DNA from: Candidatus Shapirobacteria bacterium
GTDB lineage: Bacteria > Patescibacteriota > Microgenomatia > UBA12405
Assembly: GCA_022837635.1 (NCBI GenBank)
Contig: JALHFY010000001.1
Span: 234,202 to 298,201, forward strand
Length of the DNA: 64,000 nucleotides
Direction: 5' to 3'
The first letter of the stretch is position 1; each line of letters begins with the position of its first letter. This document shows, one piece after another, positions 9,914 to 19,714 of this stretch. A model generated the notes under the pieces. It was not told where the DNA came from. It searched no databases and saw only the letters and a list, made by a program, of their open reading frames with translations. A program made the translations under genes and the position numbers.

Positions 9914-10979
9914 ACTTGCCAGTAAAAAAAGATTTCAATTTAGGATTAGAGACTAATTTAGTAATTAGATCTTTAACTTGATAAGAGCCACCGTCTTTTA
10001 AGTTACAAACTAAAAGAGCATCAGGAGTATCAATAATGGCGATATCTTCGAGATTAACTAGACCAACAACTTTTTGAGTTGAGGAATGAACCAAACAATT
10101 TTTAGAGTTAATTTCCACCATTTTTTGAGTGGGAGTTAAAGCCACTACTTGACTTTTTTTACCAGCAATTTGACGACGAATAGCTGACCATTCGCCAATA
10201 TCACTCCAAGCGAAAGTGGCGGGAATAAGGTGAAGATTTTTAGATTTTTCAGAAATAGCTACGTCTAGAGCTAAGGCTGGCGAGAGGCTATAAATTTTTT
10301 GAATGACTTTTGAATTTTGGGGGTGATTGTAAATTTGGTCATAGAGAGGTAAGTATTCAGGTTGGTGTTTTTTGAATTCACTTAGTAGATGAGATACTTT
10401 GAAAGTATAGATACCACTGTTCCAAAAGGTGTGACCTTGATTAATAAGGTTTTGAGCCACAGTAATACTAGGTTTTTCAATAAATTTTTTGACTCTTAGT
10501 TTAGGGTCAGTGGTGATGTAACCATAGGCAGGATTAGGAGAAGTGGGTTTAATACCGTAGACAACAATCTGATTATTAAGGCTAGTAGCAACACCTTGAT
10601 TAATGTTTTTGATGAATTTATCGAGGTTGCCAATGTAATGATCGGAGGGAAAACTGGTAATAACAGCCTCGGGATCTTGTTGGGAGATAACCGCTGAGGC
10701 ATAAAGGAGAGCCATGGCAGTGTTCTTTTTTTGAGGTTCGGAGAGGATGTGGTGATGAGGAAAGGATTTACCCAAGTCTTGTTTTATGAGATTAGTGTAT
10801 TTGTAGTTAGTAACGACAAAAATATTTTTCAAAGGGACTAATTTTCTGGCTCGCAGAACAGTTTCTTTCAAGACGGAATTTTTAGAGAAAAGAGTCAGAA
10901 ATTGTTTGGGTTTTTCAACCCGAGAGAGAGGCCAGAGTCTGGGTCCGGTACCTCCGGAAAGAATTACGATATAGTGCAT
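9906..10979 (-). CDS. Mannose-1-phosphate guanylyltransferase (GDP-mannose pyrophosphorylase, no isomerase domain)
   Basis: N-terminal ILSGGTGPRLWPLSR..PKQF nucleotidyltransferase signature, 357 aa. Confidence 0.75.
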   Translation of the reverse strand: MHYIVILSGGTGPRLWPLSRVEKPKQFLTLFSKNSVLKETVLRARKLVPLKNIFVVTNYKYTNLIKQDLGKSFPHHHILSEPQKKNTAMALLYASAVISQQDPEAVITSFPSDHYIGNLDKFIKNINQGVATSLNNQIVVYGIKPTSPNPAYGYITTDPKLRVKKFIEKPSITVAQNLINQGHTFWNSGIYTFKVSHLLSEFKKHQPEYLPLYDQIYNHPQNSKVIQKIYSLSPALALDVAISEKSKNLHLIPATFAWSDIGEWSAIRRQIAGKKSQVVALTPTQKMVEINSKNCLVHSSTQKVVGLVNLEDIAIIDTPDALLVCNLKDGGSYQVKDLITKLVSNPKLKSFFTGKYD

Positions 10980-11051
10980 AAAGAATTGATTTCTTTTTTT
11001 AAGTGTAACATAAAGTTTTGGTGACTAAATTTAAGAGCTTGGCGACGACAA

Positions 11052-12008
11052 TCAGCAGAGAGAGAGGGTTTTTGTTTTAACCGCTAAAACCAGAGATTGA
11101 GGGTTTTGATAATTAAAGAAAATACCAGTTTTGCCATTAATTACAGTTTCGGTGGCGCCACCACGACGGTAAGCAATGACTCCCCTGCCGCAGGCCATAG
11201 CTTCAAGAATAGTTAAGCCGAAATCTTCAAATTGGGGATGAATTAAAGCTTGGGTATTTTGATAGAGATGAATTAGTTTTGATTCCGAAACCGAACCCAA
11301 AAATTGGATATTAGGATGATTTTTGGCTAATTTTTTGAAATATTTATAATCACGGCCGGTACCAACAATTTTCAGAGGATAGTTTAACTGTTTGAAAGCT
11401 TTGATAGCCAAATCAACTTTTTTATGTTTGACCAAACGAGAGACTAAGAGAAAGTAATTTTGAGCTTTTTTAGTTCCGGGAATGAACTTGTCAGTGTCAA
11501 TACCGGGATAGATAACTGTGGCTTGGCGATGATAGTGTTTTTGGATACGTTTAGCGACAGTTTGAGAATTACAAAAAAGAGCATCGGGACGTTGAGCATA
11601 AATAAAATCGACTTTTTGGTAAATTTTTAGAATTGCTTTGAGTAAAAAAGGTGGTACTTGATATAGATAACGATTGATGTTGTGAAAATAACAGAGATAA
11701 AAAGTTTTGGGGAGAGTTAAAAAGGAATGTCCGACATGAGAGGTGGTGGAAATAAGGAGATCGTAGTTAGAAAAATCAATTTGTTCCAAACGATAACTGT
11801 AAAGGGGGGTGTAAATGAGTTTGTTTTTGAGATTAAGAGTGAAAACTTGGTGGGTTTTAGGCAACCAAGGAGTTTTTTGAGGTTGATAATCAAGGGTGTA
11901 AATATCGGCTTGAGGATAGAGTTTGAGAATGTCTAAAAGAACCCTCTCAGCTCCTCCCCATTGATTGAGCCAGTCATAGTAAATAGCGACCTTAAGAGAC
12001 ATTGGCAA
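11052..12008 (-). CDS. Glycosyltransferase family 4 (GT-B), possibly C-terminally truncated
   Basis: C-terminal EDFGLTILEAMACGRGVIAYRRGGATETVINGKTGIFF (the E-x7-E region of GT4). The ORF ends about 8 aa after this, shorter than usual. Confidence 0.65.
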   Translation of the reverse strand: MPMSLKVAIYYDWLNQWGGAERVLLDILKLYPQADIYTLDYQPQKTPWLPKTHQVFTLNLKNKLIYTPLYSYRLEQIDFSNYDLLISTTSHVGHSFLTLPKTFYLCYFHNINRYLYQVPPFLLKAILKIYQKVDFIYAQRPDALFCNSQTVAKRIQKHYHRQATVIYPGIDTDKFIPGTKKAQNYFLLVSRLVKHKKVDLAIKAFKQLNYPLKIVGTGRDYKYFKKLAKNHPNIQFLGSVSESKLIHLYQNTQALIHPQFEDFGLTILEAMACGRGVIAYRRGGATETVINGKTGIFFNYQNPQSLVLAVKTKTLSLC

Positions 12009-14091
12009 TGCGATGATAAAAATCCAGAGTTTGGCGGGCAGTAGAGGTCCAACTATATTTTTGGAAATGTTGTTGACCGGTTTTAATTAATTTTTCTCTA
12101 AGTTTAGGTGAAGATTCTAGGAGTTTAATTTTATCAACCAGATCGGCAGGGTTGTGAGGATCAAAGAAAAGAGCGGCATCTTGATAAATTTCCGGTAAAC
12201 AACTGGCTTTGGCAGCAATGACTGGACAGTCAAGAGCCATGGCTTCTAGGCCGGTGAGACTGAAACCTTCAAGCAAGGCAGGGTGAACCAAAGCCAAGGC
12301 GTGTTGGTAAAGAGAGGCAAATTCAGAATCGGGAACATAACCTAAGAAATCGACTTGTTTATCGAGACCGCTTTGTCTGATTTTGGCATAAATTTTGTCG
12401 GTAAAAACTGAACGGGCACAGATAATTTTAAGTTTTAATTTAGGCAAGCTTTTCAGAGCTTCAAAAATAACTTCCACATTTTTATGAGGATAAAGATTGC
12501 CGGTATAGAGAATGTAATTTTGCTGTTTTAAGAGATGGTGATCTCTTTTAGGAGAATGCTTTTTGATAAAAACTGGATCGACGGCTTCATGGGTAACAAT
12601 GATTTTTTTTGGAGGGAAATGATAGCGTTTGATGATGTATTGTCGCCAAAAATCACTGGGAACAATAACGAAACTATTCCAGAGAATCAAACGAGTCATG
12701 AGTAAATATCCCCAATATTTAGGCCAATAAAGAAAAAGATTTTTAGTAGTAGTGTCTTTGCCTTTGGAAAAGTGACGGATTAAATCATGAACAGTAACCA
12801 GGGATTTTTTAAGGTAAAAAATAGGTTTGTCTAGATGGGTAAAATGAACTAAATCAGGTTTGAGCCGGTGTAGGATGATGGGAAGAACAAATTGCTCTTT
12901 GAGAGTGTAATGTCGGACATTGGTGACAAAATAATTAAAAGAATTGCCGAGATCGGCTTTAACTTCTGACTCTAGTTCTGGATAAATTAAGAGAGTGTAA
13001 CGAAAAGTTTTGAAATCAGGTAATTTTTTAAGAGCGATTAGAAGGTTTTTAGTGTAACGGCCCAGGCCGGTATGTTTGGGACCGTAGAGTCGAGCATCGA
13101 TAACAATGTGTTTTTTAACCTTCATAAAATCAATCCCGGCCCAAATGAGAGGTTGAAGAAATTGGGGGTAATGATCAATAAGATTTTCTCGATAAAAAAT
13201 TCGCATGGCTTCAGTACTAGCTTTAGCGGCAGCGATTTTAGTCTTAATTTTAGCCTGAGTGATTTTTTGACTATGATCGATCAGACCTGAGGAAATGCCT
13301 TGATAATGATAGGTTTTGGCGTGAGGATAGAAATAAAGTTGAAAACCATGTTTTTTCAGTTGCCAACAAAGGTCGAGATCTTCTCCGTAGAAAAAATATT
13401 TTTCATTCCACCAACCTAGGGTTTCACCCACCCCTCTTTTAATCATCAGAAAAGCACCAACACAGGCGTCAATTTTTTGAATTTTAGAAAAATCAAGGTG
13501 ACCTAAAAAGTAACCATTAAAGAGACGGCTTTTTGGGAAAAGTTTAGGTAGAAAGGGAGCAAAAAAGTGACAAAAAGCATTCCAAGGACTGGGAAAACCG
13601 CGATGAGATTCAGGCTGAGTTTTGCCGGTTTTAACAAGAATTAAGTTTGAGGTGGCGGCATCAACCTTGGGGTGGGTTTCAAAAAATTTGATCATTTTAG
13701 AAAGAGTGTTAGGGTCGAGAGTGGTGTCAGGATTGAGAAAGAGGACGTATTTGGAATGAGGATTACTTAATTTAAGGGCTTGATTGTTACCCTTGGAAAA
13801 GCCTAAGTTTTTGGACAATTTTTTGAAGATAAAACTGATTTTAGGACTGGATTTGATTTTTTTAGCTAAATTAAAACTATCGTCGGTGGAATTATTATCA
13901 ACAATAATTACTTCTATTTGATATTTACCTAAGGTAGATTTTTTAAGGCTTTGGAGACAGCCTAAAAGGTAATCTCCGGTATTATAGTTGACAATAATTA
14001 CGGAAAGGTCAATTTTTTTGTTTTTGAGTGATGTTGTCATAAATTTGGTTGAGACCTTCGACACATTTGGCAAAGGAATAATTGTTGACAA
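11992..14091 (-). CDS. Bifunctional glycosyltransferase: N-terminal GT2 (GT-A) fused to C-terminal GT4 (GT-B)
   Basis: N-terminus LSVIIVNYNTGDYLLGCLQSL...VDNNSTDDS (GT2 DxD-type). C-terminus EGFSLTGLEAMALDCPVIAAKASCLPEI (GT4). 699 aa. Confidence 0.75.
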   Translation of the reverse strand: MSTIIPLPNVSKVSTKFMTTSLKNKKIDLSVIIVNYNTGDYLLGCLQSLKKSTLGKYQIEVIIVDNNSTDDSFNLAKKIKSSPKISFIFKKLSKNLGFSKGNNQALKLSNPHSKYVLFLNPDTTLDPNTLSKMIKFFETHPKVDAATSNLILVKTGKTQPESHRGFPSPWNAFCHFFAPFLPKLFPKSRLFNGYFLGHLDFSKIQKIDACVGAFLMIKRGVGETLGWWNEKYFFYGEDLDLCWQLKKHGFQLYFYPHAKTYHYQGISSGLIDHSQKITQAKIKTKIAAAKASTEAMRIFYRENLIDHYPQFLQPLIWAGIDFMKVKKHIVIDARLYGPKHTGLGRYTKNLLIALKKLPDFKTFRYTLLIYPELESEVKADLGNSFNYFVTNVRHYTLKEQFVLPIILHRLKPDLVHFTHLDKPIFYLKKSLVTVHDLIRHFSKGKDTTTKNLFLYWPKYWGYLLMTRLILWNSFVIVPSDFWRQYIIKRYHFPPKKIIVTHEAVDPVFIKKHSPKRDHHLLKQQNYILYTGNLYPHKNVEVIFEALKSLPKLKLKIICARSVFTDKIYAKIRQSGLDKQVDFLGYVPDSEFASLYQHALALVHPALLEGFSLTGLEAMALDCPVIAAKASCLPEIYQDAALFFDPHNPADLVDKIKLLESSPKLREKLIKTGQQHFQKYSWTSTARQTLDFYHRIANVS

Positions 14092-15238
14092 TCAATTTAC
14101 GACCATTATTGCCGATAGTTTGGCGATATTTTTTATCATTAATCAGTTTGAGGACATTTTTGAGAATGTCTTTACTGGGAGCGACAATGGCATCACGGTA
14201 GTTTTTGAATTTAATACTACCCATACCACCTTCAGGAGTAGTGATCACCGGCAGGGCAAAAGTCATCCCTTCTAAAAATTTATTTCTAGTACCACCACCA
14301 CTACCCATAGGGGCTAGGAGCAGCCAGCAGTACTGGTAGTAGTATTGAGGATCTTTGGGTTGACCATCGAAATCAGCTTCGGTGACAATCACATCTTTGG
14401 AGGCATATTTACCAAAAAAATCGGGAGCAAAGCGACCGACGATATAAAGTTTACAATTGGGAACGGCTTTTTTGATTTTGTCCCAGTAATGGTTCATGAT
14501 TAATTCCACAGATTCACGGTTTTGCATCCATTTCATGTTGGAAACCCCAAAAAGAATAGTGGGTTCTTTAGATCTAGAAGTTTTTACAGGAGCTTCAATG
14601 TATTTTTGGTCAACTCCGTTTTCAAAATATTGAATATCTTTACGACCGGTAATTTCAGTGATTAATTTTTGATCTTCAAGACCAAAAGCGACCACGGTGT
14701 GGGTAGTTTTCCAATAATAAGTTTCCCAGTGTTTCATTTTTTTAACATCGAAAGCTAAAAATGGTTTTAAGAGTTTTTTTAGACCAGTGAGACTTTTAAC
14801 GTAATGGTCGTAAACAGCGTATTCAATGGTTAAATCTACCAGTACTACCGGAATATCAGTTTTGGGAATATTGGGCATGGGATAAAAACAGTCACAGTGA
14901 ATGAGATCAAATTTTTCCCGGTCCAATTCTTTTTGAATAGCTTTTTTAAAGTCATCAGAGATGTAGTTGATGACTAAAAAAGGATAAGGACTCACGGCGG
15001 CAGTAAGGATTTTTTTAAGATCCCAGGTTTTACCGCGTTTAACCACGACCACTTTACGACAGTATTGGCTGACTTCTTTGACTCCGGCTCGGTCTCGACT
15101 AAAACAAATGAGGGTAATGTCATTTTTTGGGGCCAAGTATTTGATGGAATAAAAAGAGGAACGTTGGCCGCCTGATTGAGATAGTCGCGGAACATAGGGG
15201 GTAATCATTAAAATTTTGCGTTTTTTGTTTTTGGTCAT
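14009..15238 (-). CDS. Glycosyltransferase, GT-B fold (GT4/GT1-like)
   Basis: 409 aa. N-terminal KILMITPYVP...GGQ and C-terminal GGGTRNKFLEGMTFALPVITTPEGGMG typical of GT-B C-terminal domains. Confidence 0.55.
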   Translation of the reverse strand: MTKNKKRKILMITPYVPRLSQSGGQRSSFYSIKYLAPKNDITLICFSRDRAGVKEVSQYCRKVVVVKRGKTWDLKKILTAAVSPYPFLVINYISDDFKKAIQKELDREKFDLIHCDCFYPMPNIPKTDIPVVLVDLTIEYAVYDHYVKSLTGLKKLLKPFLAFDVKKMKHWETYYWKTTHTVVAFGLEDQKLITEITGRKDIQYFENGVDQKYIEAPVKTSRSKEPTILFGVSNMKWMQNRESVELIMNHYWDKIKKAVPNCKLYIVGRFAPDFFGKYASKDVIVTEADFDGQPKDPQYYYQYCWLLLAPMGSGGGTRNKFLEGMTFALPVITTPEGGMGSIKFKNYRDAIVAPSKDILKNVLKLINDKKYRQTIGNNGRKLIVNNYSFAKCVEGLNQIYDNITQKQKN

Positions 15239-16617
15239 GATTTTATCTCCAAATTTTTATAATAAAGTCCCATGATTATCCATATAGTATAAGCTACTTT
15301 TGAAGCTTCAAAAACATCTATAAAAACAGCATTAGCCCAAACACAGACCATGGCCGAGAAAAAGATTAAGGAAAGTTGGTGGTAAAAATTGATTTTTTTG
15401 AGTTTCAGTAGAGGCCAGGTTCTGAGTAAGAAGTAAATAAAAATAATAGTGAAAGTGATAAAACCAAAGAGACCACTTTCACCTAAAAATCGGAGATAAT
15501 CATTGTCGGTGGCCATGGTAATTGAACCTAAACCAGTACCGGTGATAGGATTTTTTCTGAAAGCGGTAATAGCTCGGGGCCATTCGACATTAAAACGGAT
15601 TTCACCAGAACGAGCTACACCGACATCACTATCGACAGGAATAAAATCTTCTTCAGGAGGATGGCGAAAAACAGTGGGAGAAATTTTAATAGGTTTTTGA
15701 CTAATGGTAGTGGGAGGCAGTGTTGGTATCAGTGTTGGGGTTGGTGGCAAGAGAACTTGACTTGGTTTGGCGACTGACTTAAAACTGGGAACAGTAGCAA
15801 TAAGACGTTGTTTAAGATCATTGGAATTGATAATACTGAAAATTACTAAAAGGCTGACAGGAATGGTCCAGAGATATTTTCTTAATAAAATTAAGCTCAG
15901 AATAGCACTGCCCCAGAAAGCAAAGATAGAAATACGGGAAGCGGTTAAGGTTAAAAGATGAAAGCCGATTAAGAATATAAATAAGGAAGTAATTTTAAGC
16001 CACTTATTTTTAATAACGATAAATAAGGCTAAAGTAATGACTAGAGTCACACTAAGATAAGCGGCTAGATCGTAATGACCGGCAAAGGTGGAACTGATGC
16101 GAGTCCAGATATTCATTTGGAGTAATTGACCTTTGGAAAATTCTTCATTCATGGTAGAGATGACTGGAAAGTGGAAAAATTTTTGACCATAGCCATAAGC
16201 GGCAATACCAAGCATGGTAAAGATAAAAAACAAATAAACATAGAGAAAATCGCGACGATTTTTAACAGCTTTTAGGGTAATAAAAAAGACAGACATATAT
16301 TCAAAGCGACGAAAAGCGTTAAGAAGGAGAAGTTGATTGTTGGTAGTTTTGAAAATGAGGACAGCGTTAAGGGTGCTAACTAAAATAGCGATAAAATAGG
16401 CAATAAAAAGTGGAGTAATTTTTTCTTTGAAAACAGGAAATTTATTTTTTATCTGAAAAATAAGCCAAATTAGAAGACAGGCAGCAATTACAATATCATC
16501 CAGACGAATGGCAACATAGGTTGATTGAACATTAAAGAGAGGAAATTTAGGATAAAGAGGAATAAAAGTAATTAGGATTGCCAGAATAATACGGAAGGGA
16601 TTTAGATTTTTGAACAT
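15235..16617 (-). CDS. Polytopic membrane protein, O-antigen ligase/polymerase (Wzy/WaaL)-like
   Basis: 460 aa, about 10 predicted TM helices, and a Pro/Thr-rich extracytoplasmic linker (LLPPTPTLIPTLPPTTISQKP). The architecture resembles Wzy_C/O-antigen ligase proteins. Assignment is by architecture only. Confidence 0.4.
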   Translation of the reverse strand: MFKNLNPFRIILAILITFIPLYPKFPLFNVQSTYVAIRLDDIVIAACLLIWLIFQIKNKFPVFKEKITPLFIAYFIAILVSTLNAVLIFKTTNNQLLLLNAFRRFEYMSVFFITLKAVKNRRDFLYVYLFFIFTMLGIAAYGYGQKFFHFPVISTMNEEFSKGQLLQMNIWTRISSTFAGHYDLAAYLSVTLVITLALFIVIKNKWLKITSLFIFLIGFHLLTLTASRISIFAFWGSAILSLILLRKYLWTIPVSLLVIFSIINSNDLKQRLIATVPSFKSVAKPSQVLLPPTPTLIPTLPPTTISQKPIKISPTVFRHPPEEDFIPVDSDVGVARSGEIRFNVEWPRAITAFRKNPITGTGLGSITMATDNDYLRFLGESGLFGFITFTIIFIYFLLRTWPLLKLKKINFYHQLSLIFFSAMVCVWANAVFIDVFEASKVAYTIWIIMGLYYKNLEIKS

Positions 16618-17519
16618 AATTGACGGTGGTGCGGAGAGACAAAAGCACGCAAAAAAGCATTAAGTTGTAATATCTTTTTAACAAATTTAGATTGCCAAGA
16701 GGGGCGATGTTTTTTGAAAAAAGCCAAAACACCCCGATATTCGTTTAAGAGTGGATCACTTTTTTTTATGGCTGAGGCACCACCAAAATGAATTATTTGT
16801 GGACCAACTAAATACCATAATTGAGAATGAGGTAGTTTGAGATGCATACGATATTGCCATTCCATTTCTTCGCCATACATAAAATAGTTTTCATCAAAAC
16901 CTTTAGTTTCCTTGACGATTGAAGTCCGGACCAAGAAATAGGCTCCAGTGAGCCAATCTTGAGGATGGTCGGATTTATAAAATGAGTCTCGAGTGTAAAA
17001 CCAGGGTGGATGGGGGTGAAAGGGTTTAATAATTTTGTTGACCAAAGGTAGATCATCAAGACCTAAAGACCAGGTAAAGATATTTAAGAGATTGGGAAAG
17101 TAACCACCGCTGGGCTGAATACTTTTGTCAGGATTTAAGAGTTGGGCAGTACAACCATGAGCTTCAGGATGAGCGGCCAGCCAGTTAAGGCTTTGGCTGA
17201 TAGCAGAATGAAGAATGATGGTATCGGAATTAAGAAAGAGAAGGTAATTACCACGAGCGATTTTAATACCTTGATTGTTGGCTTTGGCGAAACCCAGATT
17301 TTGGCGATTTAAGATAAGTTTTAAGTTTTTTTGTTTTTTAAGCATGGAAACTGAAGTGTCAGTGGAAGCATTGTCAATGACAATAATTTCATAAGGAATA
17401 TCTTTCAATCCCTTGTCCCGACGGATAGACTCAAGACAATCTTGAGTTAGTTTGGAGGTATTAAAGGAAGCAATAATAATGGATAAGAGTGGTTGGTTCA
17501 TGCAAAATTTTGTCGCCAA
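16602..17519 (-). CDS. Glycosyltransferase family 2
   Basis: LSIIIASFNTSKLTQDCLESI...IVIDNASTDTS...LLFLNSDT (GT-A, DxD). Confidence 0.75.
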   Translation of the reverse strand: MATKFCMNQPLLSIIIASFNTSKLTQDCLESIRRDKGLKDIPYEIIVIDNASTDTSVSMLKKQKNLKLILNRQNLGFAKANNQGIKIARGNYLLFLNSDTIILHSAISQSLNWLAAHPEAHGCTAQLLNPDKSIQPSGGYFPNLLNIFTWSLGLDDLPLVNKIIKPFHPHPPWFYTRDSFYKSDHPQDWLTGAYFLVRTSIVKETKGFDENYFMYGEEMEWQYRMHLKLPHSQLWYLVGPQIIHFGGASAIKKSDPLLNEYRGVLAFFKKHRPSWQSKFVKKILQLNAFLRAFVSPHHRQLCSKI

Positions 17520-18043
17520 AATTTTTTATAAAGAAAAATAACAAAAATAATGGCAACTTCGGTGGTGAAAAAAGCCAAGAGACGAGCGGGAATAGAAGTG
17601 GGAATAATTTTGGTGTTAATTTTGGCACGATATTCAATATCGTTATAGAGAAGTTTATTTTGAATTCTTTTTTCCGGTTTGGTAAAAACATCTTCGGCCC
17701 ATTCATAGCCATTAATAAATAAAGATTCTTTGAAAGGTAAGTGAAACTCTTCTAGATAATAACTTTTCATAGTGTCTCTAAAAATAGTTTTGGCGTATTC
17801 AGGGGGATAATTAAGCCTGGTCATAAAAGGACCGGAGTAAAAAGAACGATAAAAATTCATCACTTCGCGGCGGGAGAGATTAGTGTAATGACCGGTAACA
17901 TTGGCCATTTGAACGGTATCACCTGGTTCTTGAGAACGAACACTACTATCCAGATCTTTAAGTTTAGGTGTGGGTAAAAGAAGATAAAAAATTATTAAAA
18001 GATTGAAAATAAAAAGAAAGGTAGTTAAGGCTTTGGACTTCAT
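17498..18043 (-). CDS. Hypothetical membrane protein
   Basis: 181 aa with N-terminal and C-terminal TM helices flanking a soluble domain. No recognisable motif. Confidence 0.4.
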   Translation of the reverse strand: MKSKALTTFLFIFNLLIIFYLLLPTPKLKDLDSSVRSQEPGDTVQMANVTGHYTNLSRREVMNFYRSFYSGPFMTRLNYPPEYAKTIFRDTMKSYYLEEFHLPFKESLFINGYEWAEDVFTKPEKRIQNKLLYNDIEYRAKINTKIIPTSIPARLLAFFTTEVAIIFVIFLYKKFWRQNFA

Positions 18044-18609
18044 TATTGAAAAAGCATGGCCCGGCCTAATTTGTAATTAGGGTTTCTCAATTTTCGATTA
18101 CTGATTTTTTTAGCTGGCACTCCACCCCAGACTTCAAGATCGGGAATATCTTTGGTGACGACAGCGCCGGCGGCAACTACGGCTCCCCTACCGATAGTAA
18201 CTCCGGGGAGAATGATGGCTCGAGGGCCAATGAAAACATAATCTTTGATAGTTACCGGTGCAAAGGCATTGCCAAAATCAGGAGTGTGAATGTTGTGTTC
18301 ATTGGTATAAATCAAGACATCGGTGGCAATATCAACGTGATTGCCGATAGTCAATCCCCCACGACCATCTAAAAAAGCTCCATAGCCGATAATGGTGTCG
18401 TGACCAATAGTCACCCCACTGGGTTTAAAGAAATTAGCCCTCAAATGAATAGTACTGTTGAAAGGGATTTTGATACCTGAGAGCCAATAAAAGAATTTGC
18501 GAAGGAGATGGCTGGGGATAAAACCGACAATTCTAAGAATTAATAACCAAAACTCAGCCAAAATAGTCGAAATACGATTAAGGGCTTTTTGGTAGAGCGG
18601 TCGTTCCAT
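18043..18609 (-). CDS. Hexapeptide-repeat (LbH) acyl/acetyltransferase, WcaF/CysE-like sugar O-acetyltransferase
   Basis: Successive hexapeptide repeats IGHDTIIGYGAFL..GGLTIGNHVDIATDVLIY...VFIGPRAIILPGVTIGRGAVVAAGAVV. Confidence 0.75.
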   Translation of the reverse strand: MERPLYQKALNRISTILAEFWLLILRIVGFIPSHLLRKFFYWLSGIKIPFNSTIHLRANFFKPSGVTIGHDTIIGYGAFLDGRGGLTIGNHVDIATDVLIYTNEHNIHTPDFGNAFAPVTIKDYVFIGPRAIILPGVTIGRGAVVAAGAVVTKDIPDLEVWGGVPAKKISNRKLRNPNYKLGRAMLFQ

Positions 18610-18616
18610 GACAGAA

Positions 18617-19714
18617 TTATAACTGATTAAAAAGAGAAATTAAGTTTTGGGCGGAATTTTTCCAAGTAAATTTCGAGGCATTATCAAAACCAACTTTAAT
18701 CAAATGACGACGAGTTTTAGTGTCCAGAATTTTTTCAAAAGCGGAGACTAAAGTAGCTTGTTTATAGGGGTTAATAAGCAGAGCGGTATCTTGGAGGACC
18801 TCTTTGAGGGGAGCAATAGAACTGGCGATAACCGGACATTTTTGGATTTGCGCTTCAATGGCAGGGATACCAAAACCTTCGTAAGTACTGGGTAAAACTA
18901 AAGCCCAGGCTTGTTGGTAGAGGGCATTTTTTTCAACTTCACTGATATAGTCGGTAAAAATAACTTGAGAATTTAATTTGAATTTGTCGACAGTTTTGGC
19001 AATGTCAGCAAAAAGCCAACCTTTTTTACCGGCAATGACCAATTGAGTGTGGGGGTGTTTTTTGAGAAATTGAGCAAAAGCGCTGATTAAAAAGGAATAG
19101 TTCTTGTTGGGTTTGAGGGTACCCACAGCCAGAAAATATTTTTGCTTAATTTTGAATTTAGATAAGGTTGTTTTTTTGTCTTGGGGAGAGACGGCTTTGG
19201 GTAAAGAAATACCATTGTAAATGACAGAAATTTTTTTAGCCGGAATTTGATAAGTTTTAATGAGTTCTTTTTTGGTAAATTGAGACACAGCCACAATGTG
19301 ATGAGCAATTTTGAGAGAAGCCTGAGTCCAATTAGTGAGTTGATAGAGATCTTTTTTAGTAAATTGGTCTTGAAATTTAAGGTAGCCGATATCGTGGATG
19401 GTAGGGACTAATTTAACTGAGGAAAATGAGGGTAAATAGTGGCCCGGAGAGAAAAAGAGATCTAGTTTTTCAGGATTTAAGAGTAAGTGAAAACTGAGAG
19501 CCATTTTGGTCCACAGAGTTGAAGGTTTGAGGATTTTATAATGCCAGTTGGAACTTTCTTTGGGAAAATCGGCGGCGGGAGGATTTTTAAGATAAATATA
19601 ATAGGTATTTTTTTTATCTAAAAGTGAGAGGTTTTGGAGGAGATTGAAAGCATATTGACCACTGCCAACACGATGGGCGACATTGGCTTCATTGCCATCG
19701 ATACCAATAATCAT
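18617..19714 (-). CDS. Glycosyltransferase family 4
   Basis: C-terminal YEGFGIPAIEAQIQKCPVIASSIAPLKEV, 365 aa. Confidence 0.75.
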   Translation of the reverse strand: MIIGIDGNEANVAHRVGSGQYAFNLLQNLSLLDKKNTYYIYLKNPPAADFPKESSNWHYKILKPSTLWTKMALSFHLLLNPEKLDLFFSPGHYLPSFSSVKLVPTIHDIGYLKFQDQFTKKDLYQLTNWTQASLKIAHHIVAVSQFTKKELIKTYQIPAKKISVIYNGISLPKAVSPQDKKTTLSKFKIKQKYFLAVGTLKPNKNYSFLISAFAQFLKKHPHTQLVIAGKKGWLFADIAKTVDKFKLNSQVIFTDYISEVEKNALYQQAWALVLPSTYEGFGIPAIEAQIQKCPVIASSIAPLKEVLQDTALLINPYKQATLVSAFEKILDTKTRRHLIKVGFDNASKFTWKNSAQNLISLFNQL

